From the NCBI GenBank assembly GCA_036679605.1, contig JAZDCZ010000244.1, forward strand, positions 1-59,592: a stretch of DNA of 59,592 bases, in the 5' to 3' direction. The notes below the pieces were generated by a model that saw only the letters and a program-made list of their open reading frames with translations, was not told where the DNA came from and did no database searches. Source of the stretch: Gemmatimonadota bacterium (GTDB lineage Bacteria; Gemmatimonadota; Gemmatimonadetes; Gemmatimonadales; GWC2-71-9). The translations under genes and the position numbers were made by a program. This document shows positions 36,783 to 45,230 of the stretch, in pieces (the stretch's first letter is position 1; every line of letters begins with the position of its first letter).

Positions 36783-37625
36783 TCAAAACAGCGAGTCCTC
36801 ACCGCGAATGAGACGTCTTCCTGAGGGAGTAACGCTGTACTCCATCGACGATCCCCATGCCGGGCTTCCCGGGCCATGGCCCACCAGATGACTGCAGTTT
36901 TCTAGAGCTCGTAGTGTAAGATCGAGGCGTGCTAGTGGTATGTTTACGAATTTCAGCAAGTCCACTGTGCGGAAACGGTTGTCCGAATCAACTCGACTCG
37001 CGAAAACCAGTATTTTGCCAACCTCACCCGCAACGTCGATGCCCAAATCAAGCTGTGGGGCAACTTCGAGATAGGCGCTCGGCTCGAGCGACACGCGAGC
37101 GATTCCGGAAACGGAATTGCCGTTCCAATGGATGTCTACCAGCCCCAGATCTGCCAACTCCTCCGCAGCTTGCCGGTACTCCTTCGGCGATAGTGACAAT
37201 TCGTCCATCGCCGTTTCTGCCTCCGTATGCCCCCACAGTTTGGTTGATTCGCTTCGGATGCATTGCTCGAGCAGCGCCGCCACCGTTCCGGACAATCTCG
37301 TCTCATCCGATGGGCTACCCGTCCGCTCTGGGTTGGGACCGACAAGCGGTTCGTATGTAACTTCAGTGGGTGACATGTTGATCTGGCACCGGAGCAGGAG
37401 AAAGTCGGGATGTCTAAACTCTTTGACGCTGTCGGCATACACCATCAACGAGTGTCCAGTGCTATTGTTTGTGAGCTTTATGCGATTAGGTGATTGCAAG
37501 ACCCCATCAAGGCGCCAAGCGTCGTCTAAGGGGGGGAGAACTGTCCCGTGCTCATCAATGCGGCGTGGCAACGGCCTAAGTCGGAGGGGGTTGCCAATTC
37601 TGCTTGCAAGTTGTTTTGTGTTCAT
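36783..37625 (-). CDS. hypothetical cassette protein (N-terminal beta domain plus probable winged-helix repeats)
   Basis: 280-aa ORF starting 16 nt after the attC R' box GTTAGGC. Confidence 0.75.
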   Translation of the reverse strand: MNTKQLASRIGNPLRLRPLPRRIDEHGTVLPPLDDAWRLDGVLQSPNRIKLTNNSTGHSLMVYADSVKEFRHPDFLLLRCQINMSPTEVTYEPLVGPNPERTGSPSDETRLSGTVAALLEQCIRSESTKLWGHTEAETAMDELSLSPKEYRQAAEELADLGLVDIHWNGNSVSGIARVSLEPSAYLEVAPQLDLGIDVAGEVGKILVFASRVDSDNRFRTVDLLKFVNIPLARLDLTLRALENCSHLVGHGPGSPAWGSSMEYSVTPSGRRLIRGEDSLF

Positions 37626-37641
37626 CGCATCAATCAGCGCA

Positions 37642-37773
37642 GCCTAACCACTTTGCAAATATGCTGCAGCGCTTTCCTCAACGGTGATTCTCTATTTGAT
37701 CAAACCTCGTTTCTCAACTGCTGGATCAGAACTACAGATCGCAAAGCGCTGCTGCATCATTTGCTAGTTATGC
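37642..37773 (-). mobile_element. integron attC site (atypical spacers)
   Basis: Minus strand: R'' GCATAAC ... GCAAAT-G-ATGCAGCAGCGCTTT / AAAGCGCTGCAGCATATTTGC ... R' GTTAGGC; extra base on the left arm. Confidence 0.7.
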
Positions 37774-37871
37774 GGCGACCGGTATTATTTACACAACCTG
37801 ACCCGTCGTGACGGCAGTTCCAGCCTCCGCGAGTGCTCTCGTCACGTTCATTCGCTCGGTATGCAGCGCGT

Positions 37872-38525
37872 TCACGAACGAAGGGGTTCGTGGTTGCCGA
37901 CATAATCCGTGACTCGATGCGGGTCGTTTCCCGGAATAAGTAGAAAGAAGTCGCCAACATCCTTTCGGACGTTGAATTTGATCTGGCCACCGCTGCGGCT
38001 GAGTATGTCCCAGCGACGCCCAAGGTCAGCAACGGGCAACACGATGTCGTAGACCTTTCCTGACTTGCTGGCGCACAACAGCACGGCAACATCGGTTTTC
38101 GCAGCAGGTAGGCCCAAGAACCATTTGTTGGGCTTCCCGTCCAACTCGTTTGCAGAGGCTACCGCCACCGATCGACTCGATGGTGTCTCATAGCGTTTCC
38201 GATGGCCTGCGAGTCTGATTCCGCTGCGCGCTAGGTTATCAACCCAATCCGATCGGAGTTGTGCACCTACTTGTTTGTGCGAGAAGCGCGTCTGGTTAGG
38301 TAAGTCGGGTGCCCGATCACCATTCCTCGGGCGTGGCGGGTCCACCACGGAGGCCAGGTGTGCATATCTGTCCTCGAGATCCTGCACCTCGCGAAGCAGT
38401 CGCTCGCATTCTGAAGCCCCGCCAGTGAGTCTGGCGAGCACGTCGACCTCGCCGCGGTTGGCAGCTGCGGCAGCCTGGGTCAAGATCTTCGTTTTCAGCT
38501 CGGTAAGCTCTTTCACTGCAACCAT
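37872..38525 (-). CDS. hypothetical cassette protein (217 aa)
   Basis: GGAGG RBS, own promoter, bounded by the 13-bp complementary ends GTTATGCGGCGAC / GTCGCCGCATAAC. Confidence 0.8.
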   Translation of the reverse strand: MVAVKELTELKTKILTQAAAAANRGEVDVLARLTGGASECERLLREVQDLEDRYAHLASVVDPPRPRNGDRAPDLPNQTRFSHKQVGAQLRSDWVDNLARSGIRLAGHRKRYETPSSRSVAVASANELDGKPNKWFLGLPAAKTDVAVLLCASKSGKVYDIVLPVADLGRRWDILSRSGGQIKFNVRKDVGDFFLLIPGNDPHRVTDYVGNHEPLRS

Positions 38526-38568
38526 TTGTGCCTCCGGTTCGGCAAAGGAATTTTTTTACGGTATCGGC

Positions 38569-38597
38569 AAGATAGCAGCTTTTTTGCTACAAAGCAA
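38569..38597 (-). promoter_or_regulatory. cassette-internal sigma-70 promoter (TTGCTT-N17-TATCTT, extended -10 TG)
   Basis: AT-rich; overlapped by a TAGCA/TGCTA inverted repeat; TTGCCGA direct repeats downstream. Confidence 0.55.
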
Positions 38598-38627
38598 TAA
38601 TGCTTGCATTGGCAGGGAAAAGTCGCC

Positions 38628-38681
38628 GCATAACGATAAAGCTCAGCGGTGCCTCTTTTTGGTGTCGGCTGAAGCGCCTTG
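38628..38681 (-). mobile_element. integron attC site with its R'' box interrupted by an IS110 fragment
   Basis: Minus strand: ..C AAGGC GCTTCAGC CGACACC-AAAAAGA-GGCACC GCTGAGC TTTATC GTTATGC (8-nt L'', 7-nt L'). The rest of R'' (GCCTA) lies at 38960-38964. Confidence 0.75.
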
Positions 38682-38959
38682 ATACTCATGCGAGCCTCCT
38701 CTGGAGTTTACTCGAGAGGTAAGCTCTGGAATCGAGCAGTCCTTCACCGAGGAGACCATCATGAGATTCTACACCCAGCAACATCAATACTACTGTGGCA
38801 TCGACCTGCATGCACGCTCCATTTACCTCTGCATCATGGATCAATCGGGCAAGATTCTTCTGCACCGCGACATGCGGGCGAGTCCAGATTCCTTTCTCAA
38901 AGCTGTAGCACCCTACCGAGAAGATCTAGTATTCTCGGTCGAATGCATGTTCACCTGGC
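38682..38959 (+). mobile_element. truncated IS110-family element (left end plus transposase N-terminus from ATG 38761)
   Basis: MRFYTQQHQYYCGIDLHARSIYLCIMDQSG...FLKAVAPYREDLVFSVECMFTW matches the DEDD RuvC N-terminus; homology stops after about 66 aa. Confidence 0.88.
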
Positions 38960-38992
38960 TAGGCAGCGCAGGGGGTCGAGGGCCGGTGCGAT

Positions 38993-39394
38993 TTACTTTG
39001 GCCTCATTCCGGCTTTCCATGTCTCCTCATACTTAAGCAAGCGGCCCATTACCACCTCAGGTTCCAAACCGACTCCGGCGACAAGAAGGCTAGCGGTCTG
39101 CGCGGCCGCATCTCGACGCGACAAGTCTCCTTGAACGTCCCAGTATGCTGATATGAATGTCGTCGCGAAGAGATAGCGGTGAATGATCGCTAGTTCCGAC
39201 AGTGATAAGTCAGCGGCCTTGGACCAATCTGTCTCCGTTGCCCCAGCCATCCCGCGCTCGTGGGCTGCGCGGGCGCGATCAAACAACTGAACCGTCTCCA
39301 AAGGATGGGATCGAATCGCCTCGTCCGCGTCCTGAAGGGCGAGTTCGATCATGCCGATAACGGCGGCCCGTGATGCCAGCGGTTCGTCACTCAT
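38993..39394 (-). CDS. hypothetical protein (133 aa, helical)
   Basis: ATGA overlap with the upstream HExxH gene. Confidence 0.7.
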   Translation of the reverse strand: MSDEPLASRAAVIGMIELALQDADEAIRSHPLETVQLFDRARAAHERGMAGATETDWSKAADLSLSELAIIHRYLFATTFISAYWDVQGDLSRRDAAAQTASLLVAGVGLEPEVVMGRLLKYEETWKAGMRPK

Positions 39395-40107
39395 CCGGTG
39401 TGATTCCGCCACAGAGACTCAAGATCCCGAATCTCGCCTGCAAAGCCAGAGCTCAGACTGCTCTGTTGCGCCCGCCAGATCTGGAGTAGTTCTTCCAAAT
39501 GGGGCTGGGTAAAGGAGGCGAGATCCTCCACGAGTCCAGCGAGCGAACGCCTCGGCTGCATGGTGAGAACCTTCCGAAGCCGAGCCGAGTCATTAACAAG
39601 CTCACCGTCGATCATGGCCGTGAACTGCGCCTCGACCGCAGCTCGGCCACAAGCAAGCTCGGCAACGGCCAGGCCTAGCTGGTCGTACCGAGCTTCATGA
39701 GGCAGCTCATCCCACCGCAGGCTGGGAGAGATACTCGCCATTCCTGTCGTGATCAGGTGCTCAAAGGCCGTGATGCTTGGGTCGGTCAGGACGGTCGCTG
39801 CGTGCCCGAGTTCGTGAGCAAGGAGGTATGCGAAGTAGGCTGGGAACTGCGACTGGAACTCGCACGAGACCGATCCCATGACGATCCCACAGTCCCACGC
39901 GACGTGTAGGAAATCCTCTAGCCCATTGATGTTCCCGAAATACCTGATGTGGGGTCGGGCGATTGTCACCGCCTGGTAGTCCGCTTCAAGGGTGTCGTCT
40001 CCGAGATACAGAAGGAGAAGTCCGGGTGGAAGATCTGCCAGGGCAACAACCCGCTTCACTTCCATCTCACTCAGCCCGCTCGGGTTATGCAGTAAGAGGT
40101 CAGCCAT
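39391..40107 (-). CDS. hypothetical zincin-like metallopeptidase
   Basis: LAHELGHA followed by HEARYDQLG. Confidence 0.7.
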   Translation of the reverse strand: MADLLLHNPSGLSEMEVKRVVALADLPPGLLLLYLGDDTLEADYQAVTIARPHIRYFGNINGLEDFLHVAWDCGIVMGSVSCEFQSQFPAYFAYLLAHELGHAATVLTDPSITAFEHLITTGMASISPSLRWDELPHEARYDQLGLAVAELACGRAAVEAQFTAMIDGELVNDSARLRKVLTMQPRRSLAGLVEDLASFTQPHLEELLQIWRAQQSSLSSGFAGEIRDLESLWRNHTG

Positions 40108-40258
40108 GTGATGAGCCCACCAGCTGGTGGATGTGCGGCAATCCGCGGCGGTCCTTTGACGAGCGGGCGGTCAGAGGTCGCGACGTCCGTCGCGTTGCTG
40201 AACGGTGCGTCGCCTGAATTGGACATCCGAGACTTCCTCAGCCACGTCTCTGCGTTCA

Positions 40259-40888
40259 TCACTGGAGCCGGGCGATCCGGTCGAAGTGTTGCATGAGCAC
40301 TGCCGGCTCGAGCCATGACGGTTGCACGATGGCCAACTCCATGAACTCCGCGAGAGACTTGCTTCCTCGAAGCTTACGTTTGTCCACACCATCTAGGTTA
40401 AGAATGCGGTGGACCTGCTCTGCAAGAGTTCTGTCCGGATCATCCTGGAAGTCGATAAGGTGCCTTGCCGAGTTCTCGCGAAGCATGCGTTTCTCTTCCT
40501 CACTCATGCCGATCACATGGGCGCAGTTTACATTGGCCATGATAAAAGACTGATTTACCAAGACGGACAACTCCTGCCACCGGTCAGTATGGCGTCGGAA
40601 GAACTCCCGAACACTGCAAAGGTCAGCCAGGGCGCAGCTGCAGAACGCGTCGTTCCAGATCTGCCAGTACCGCAGCCACTTTGCGGGTGCGATGCGCCGC
40701 ATGGCACCAAGCAGGAGGGTGCCCCTTTGGGGCAACTGCAGTCCCTTCATCATAACACCTGCGTGCAAGCGCAGGCGCTTGCCAGCCGCAAGGTAGAGAT
40801 CATCCACGGTCCGAGCGTTGCTGTAGTCTCTCGCCGCAGGGCCGTCCTCGATGCCGAAGGCCGCCAGGAATGAGTTTGCTTCGATCAC
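40259..40888 (-). CDS. hypothetical protein (209 aa)
   Basis: GTG start with GGAGG upstream; no family recognised. Confidence 0.65.
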   Translation of the reverse strand: MIEANSFLAAFGIEDGPAARDYSNARTVDDLYLAAGKRLRLHAGVMMKGLQLPQRGTLLLGAMRRIAPAKWLRYWQIWNDAFCSCALADLCSVREFFRRHTDRWQELSVLVNQSFIMANVNCAHVIGMSEEEKRMLRENSARHLIDFQDDPDRTLAEQVHRILNLDGVDKRKLRGSKSLAEFMELAIVQPSWLEPAVLMQHFDRIARLQ

Positions 40889-41080
40889 TCTATATAGCTC
40901 TCTTCCTCCGACCTGTAGCGCCCTGGCAGATCACGACCGAAAGCGGTTACCAATCTTCCCAGGCCGCGTAAGGGAATATCATACCAGGAGTCTTCCCACC
41001 GACAACCTCAACCATCTCAGGGCATTGGAAGATACGGCCGTCCAAGCAGATACATAGTATCAATCGCAGTTTGTTGCGAA

Positions 41081-42133
41081 TCATCGCTTGGGCGCTCGAG
41101 GCCCAGCGTGAACACGCCGGGTCGCCACCTGACGTGTCACCGTCTGACCGGCGACCATTCCACCAACAATGGTCAACGTAGCTCGGGTCACCGCGATTCC
41201 ACGGTGGTCCATCGTCGCAGTGGCGAGAGGGTCCAGTGTAATCCAGCGGTTTCGTTGCACGTCAAACGCAAAGACAGCAGAACTGGGCTCTGAGGGTGAC
41301 CCGTCATAACCGAGCCCGTTGTAGTTGTATGGATTGTCGGTCCCTCCGGCAAAGAACACCATGTTTGACACGGCTCCGGCCGCTGCGCGGTATAGTGGAG
41401 GGCCCGGGTGGTCCGCGAGTCTACTCCAGGTGATCTTGGTTGGGTCCTTCGGGTCTATCTCACCCCGCCACGACGATCCCGCCATTGTGAATCGCGGCCG
41501 TTCGGGTCTGGTCTTGACCCCGTCTATATAGATGATGGTATTACCTGTAATGGATCCCGCATGCCCGAACACCGGCGGACCCGGTATCGGCGTAGCCTGC
41601 GACCAACTGTCCGACGGCGGATCGTAAACTTGGACCTTGTCGATGTTGTCGGTGTCATGCCAACCTGACACCAGGTAGATAAGCGAGTCGCTCCAAACTC
41701 CGGATACGGCATCGTCGGTCGGGATCGGAATGTCGGCGGCGCGCGTCCAATGGTCGGTTTCGGGATCGTACACGTCTACATTCGGCAGCGACTTTTCCGC
41801 TCCATCGGAGGCGACGGTGTATCCTCCGAACAGATATATCCTGCCGCCGACTGTCTGAGCGGTGGCTGCGAGGCGCCCGGGTCCGGCCACTGATTCGATC
41901 TCGGTCCACTTGGAGTCGCCCAGGTTCCAACGGAATGCGCGGTTTATGATCCCGCTCGACAGTTTCGTGGAATCGAGGCCGAGGAACGAGAAGACCGCAG
42001 GCCCGCGAGACGTGGCAAGCGCTGCGACGGCGTTGTTGGTGACGGGGACGGGTAGTGGCGGAGCTTCGTTCCACGACACTTCGGCGGCGGGCGTCTGGAT
42101 TAGCAACAGTGACAGTGATAAGATTTGATGCAT
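41081..42133 (-). CDS. exported Kelch-repeat protein
   Basis: Signal peptide; GG...YDP....W repeats. Confidence 0.88.
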   Translation of the reverse strand: MHQILSLSLLLIQTPAAEVSWNEAPPLPVPVTNNAVAALATSRGPAVFSFLGLDSTKLSSGIINRAFRWNLGDSKWTEIESVAGPGRLAATAQTVGGRIYLFGGYTVASDGAEKSLPNVDVYDPETDHWTRAADIPIPTDDAVSGVWSDSLIYLVSGWHDTDNIDKVQVYDPPSDSWSQATPIPGPPVFGHAGSITGNTIIYIDGVKTRPERPRFTMAGSSWRGEIDPKDPTKITWSRLADHPGPPLYRAAAGAVSNMVFFAGGTDNPYNYNGLGYDGSPSEPSSAVFAFDVQRNRWITLDPLATATMDHRGIAVTRATLTIVGGMVAGQTVTRQVATRRVHAGPRAPKR

Positions 42134-42160
42134 CACACTCGTCCAAGGAGAGGGGGAAGA

Positions 42161-42625
42161 ATGTCTGTAGCCTATACAGCTAATGTTACGATCCGGAGAC
42201 TGGGGGGTCCACTCCGGACTGCCACGCTACCCGCTGTGGATGAACCAGTCATGTTTGGCGTCCACGGCGCCATCGCCGAGCACTACGGTGTCGATATGGC
42301 CAAACTGGAGGCGCACGCTACGACCATCGACTATGTCATTGCGGCGACAGGTGGCTGACTGACGGGCACCTTTGCCGGCGCGCTGGCAGCGCGCGAGATA
42401 GTACTGGAACCGACCGATCTTGTTGGAAACGTAACGGGAGAGGTAGAGAAGGAAAGCGGCGTGCTCGTTATCCGCCGCATCCACGTCAACTACGATCTAA
42501 AAGTCCCTAGCGGCGTGCGAGATACTGTTGAGCGGGTGAATAACGTGCATGCCGATTCGTGTCCGGTGGCGCGAACCCTCAAGGGGTGTGTGGATATCAC
42601 GACCGAGGTGAATTACGTGGACTAG
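42161..42625 (+). CDS. OsmC-family selenoprotein (Sec at codon 66, UGA 42356-42358), 154 aa
   Basis: ...DYVIAATGG-UGA-LTGTFAGALAAR... continues in frame to ...HADSCPVARTL...VD-TAG; the UGA sits at the first catalytic Cys position of OsmC/Ohr. Confidence 0.85.
42373..42388 (+). other. candidate bacterial SECIS hairpin
   Basis: TGCCGG-CGCG-CTGGCA starting 14 nt after the UGA, with G in the loop. Confidence 0.4.
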
Positions 42626-42629
42626 ATTT

Positions 42630-43628
42630 CTATTGTGTGTCCAGGCGTTCGAATCGGCCGCTCTCGAGTGACCGGTATGCGGCCGCCACCGCTTGCATGT
42701 CGCGGCGAGCCACGGCCAGCGACATTTCGGGCTGCCGGTTTTCCTGCACGCACGCCAGAAAATGTTTGAGCATCCCGCTATATCCCATGATGTCGAACAG
42801 CCCAGGTATCCGTAGGCGTTTGCGGCGCCCTAAGATCAATGCAAAGAGTCCGTTGCTTTCGAAATGGATGTTGCCCTCGGTACCGAAAATCTTCGACATG
42901 CCGAGCCCTGCTACGCGGTTCGATAAGTTCCACGAGTGAAGTAGCTTGCCGACGGTGCCTTCGCTGAATTTGAACAGCAACTCGAGAGTATCCTCGAGAG
43001 GCGCCACCATCTTGTAAGGTCTCTCGGGTCGTGCGGCAATGACTTCTCGTGCCTCACCTCCCAGACCGAGCAGTAGGTTGACCCAGTGCACTCCTCCCTC
43101 CAGCAGGGCCCCGCCGCCCATCATCTCGGCATCGGCTCGCCAGCCGCTTGGGTTGGAACGACCTGCGCGGTTCAACTCGATCACCATTGGATCGCCGATA
43201 TCGCCACGTGCGACATGAGATCGAATCACCTTCACCAGCGGCTTGAAGTAATAGTTCTCTGCGACCATGGCGGGAACGCCGCTGGCCGCGACGCTCCGTT
43301 CGATTTCGGTCAATTCATCGAGAGTCCGAGTCACCGGCTTCTCGATCAGGACTGCTTTGCGATTATCCGCCGCTAACCGGGCGTGCTCGACGTGGAGGGC
43401 GTGAGGTGTACAGACGAACACCGCGTCTACCCGAGAATCGGAGCATCCGGCCTCATAGCTGCCGAACGCCCCGATGCCGCCAAATTTCTTGTTGTAACTC
43501 TTTGCCTTTTCTCCGTCACGACTGGCGTAGAGCAGGTTTACCTTGGATTTCAACGACATCTTGGCGACCCGACTGTGAAGTCGAGCAACCGAGCCGCAAC
43601 CCAGGATCAAGAGATTGACTTTGTTCAC
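42630..43628 (-). CDS. Gfo/Idh/MocA-family oxidoreductase
   Basis: ILGCGSVA, CTPH..H, IEKP, GGGALLEGGVH. Confidence 0.92.
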   Translation of the reverse strand: MNKVNLLILGCGSVARLHSRVAKMSLKSKVNLLYASRDGEKAKSYNKKFGGIGAFGSYEAGCSDSRVDAVFVCTPHALHVEHARLAADNRKAVLIEKPVTRTLDELTEIERSVAASGVPAMVAENYYFKPLVKVIRSHVARGDIGDPMVIELNRAGRSNPSGWRADAEMMGGGALLEGGVHWVNLLLGLGGEAREVIAARPERPYKMVAPLEDTLELLFKFSEGTVGKLLHSWNLSNRVAGLGMSKIFGTEGNIHFESNGLFALILGRRKRLRIPGLFDIMGYSGMLKHFLACVQENRQPEMSLAVARRDMQAVAAAYRSLESGRFERLDTQ

Positions 43629-45211
43629 ACCGCTCCTGTGCCTGCCACTTCGTTCCAGTTTTCCGCCAGATGTTTACCTACCCTGAGGCCCATTGCCGCG
43701 ATCGTCAAGCTCGGGTTCACTCCGCCGGAACTGGGTAGGAAGCTCCCGTCGACCACGAACAGGTTGTCTAAGCCAAACAGTCGGCACCACGGATCTAGGA
43801 CCGAGTCTACTGGATCCACTCCAAAGCGTGCGGTGCCGATCGCATGCGAGTATGTGTGAATCGGCATGGGCCCGTGAAAGATGGCTCCCGCCTTGCGAAG
43901 AATGCGGCCGGCAACCCGAAACAGGGCTCGCCGTGCTCGCAGGTCGCGTTTGCAATACTCGTGATACACGCTAGCCAACGGCATGCCAAACGCGTCGCGT
44001 CGGACCGGGTCGATTTCCACGCGGTTTTCATAATTGGACAGGTCCTCAGCCATGCAAAGAAGATACGCATGGTACGGCACCGTGAGCGCACCGGCCCAAC
44101 CGACGAAGCGCGGATACTCTCGGCTCGCCAACATGAACTCGGGAGGCGGCGTTTGGAGCGCTTGAATGATGCCCCAGGGGCCTTCCGGCTTCCGTCTCGG
44201 ATCGCCGAAGTAATAGTCTGTGATAGCAAACTGTTTGTGAAACTGCTTCTCCGGATTTGTCTTGAACGGAAAGAATGCGATTGCCACACCACTGCAGTGT
44301 CGCATCAGATGGTGGCCTATCAAGCGGCCGTTCGGTTCTAGTTCCCCCAGTCCAGAGTTGAGCAAGAGCTTTGCCGACGCAATCGCGCCGCAACTCACCA
44401 CACAGAGATCGCACGATACGGTGTAGTCACGGCCCGTTATGACGTCATGGCATTCGACGGCAGACACTCGGCCCGCTGACATTATTAGGCGCTTGACCTT
44501 CACGTTGTCCCGGATTGTGGCGCCGTGCTGTTTTGCACGTGGCAAGAGCGTGACTGACAGGTCGTTCTTAGCGCAGATTTTACATGGGAAAAGGTCGCAC
44601 GTCATGCACATTTCGCACTTCGGCCGACCGGAACTGCCGTCAAAATTGATGGCTAGGGGCATGGGAAAAGGCTTCATCCCTAGCTTGGTAGCCGCACCGG
44701 CCAGACGTCGGGAAACGTTACCATACGGTGGCGGTGCCACGCAGTAGTCAGAAGAACGCGGCGGCTCGGTGGGGTCCACTCCGGCCACACCCGCTACACC
44801 TATTTCCCGCTCCGCCTCTGCATAAAACGGTTCGAGGTCGTCGTAGCTAATCGGCCAGTCTACTGGCTGGGCCGGGTCTTCGGGGGGAACGCTGATGATG
44901 GAACGTGCTCGGAAGTCGTCTACGCGGAGCCGGAATGACGCCGCACCATAGAAGACTGACTTGCCGCCGACGGCATCGTCAGGGTGGCTCAATTTGCGTC
45001 CGTTCTTTTCCGGCAGCTCGTGTGCGGTTTTGCTCTTGTACTTGCGATCGACGAGGATGGCCAAGGGGTCCCACGCGGAGTCGTCACGATCGACCCACGT
45101 GCCGCGTTCCAGTAACAGGACTTGCTTCCCCGCCTCGGCGAGCCTCAGCGCAACGGTACTTCCGCCAAATCCGGTGCCGACGACGACAGCGTCCCAATGT
45201 TCTTGTGTCAT
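43625..45211 (-). CDS. GMC-family FAD oxidoreductase
   Basis: VVGTGFGG, LLERG, VGGKS.FYGA, CEMCMTC...PC, H.IGT.RFG, NPSLTI.A. Confidence 0.92.
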   Translation of the reverse strand: MTQEHWDAVVVGTGFGGSTVALRLAEAGKQVLLLERGTWVDRDDSAWDPLAILVDRKYKSKTAHELPEKNGRKLSHPDDAVGGKSVFYGAASFRLRVDDFRARSIISVPPEDPAQPVDWPISYDDLEPFYAEAEREIGVAGVAGVDPTEPPRSSDYCVAPPPYGNVSRRLAGAATKLGMKPFPMPLAINFDGSSGRPKCEMCMTCDLFPCKICAKNDLSVTLLPRAKQHGATIRDNVKVKRLIMSAGRVSAVECHDVITGRDYTVSCDLCVVSCGAIASAKLLLNSGLGELEPNGRLIGHHLMRHCSGVAIAFFPFKTNPEKQFHKQFAITDYYFGDPRRKPEGPWGIIQALQTPPPEFMLASREYPRFVGWAGALTVPYHAYLLCMAEDLSNYENRVEIDPVRRDAFGMPLASVYHEYCKRDLRARRALFRVAGRILRKAGAIFHGPMPIHTYSHAIGTARFGVDPVDSVLDPWCRLFGLDNLFVVDGSFLPSSGGVNPSLTIAAMGLRVGKHLAENWNEVAGTGAV

Positions 45212-45230
45212 GAATTATGCTGGCTCTGAC

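Noticed and set aside
38959..39036. C-terminal part of the 91-aa IS110 ORF (and the 151-aa ORF at 38679)
   Set aside because: Read-through into non-IS sequence after the truncation; not a functional transposase.
42125..42358. Stand-alone 77-aa ORF, or a nonsense pseudogene
   Set aside because: Better explained as the N-terminal half of a Sec-containing OsmC protein.
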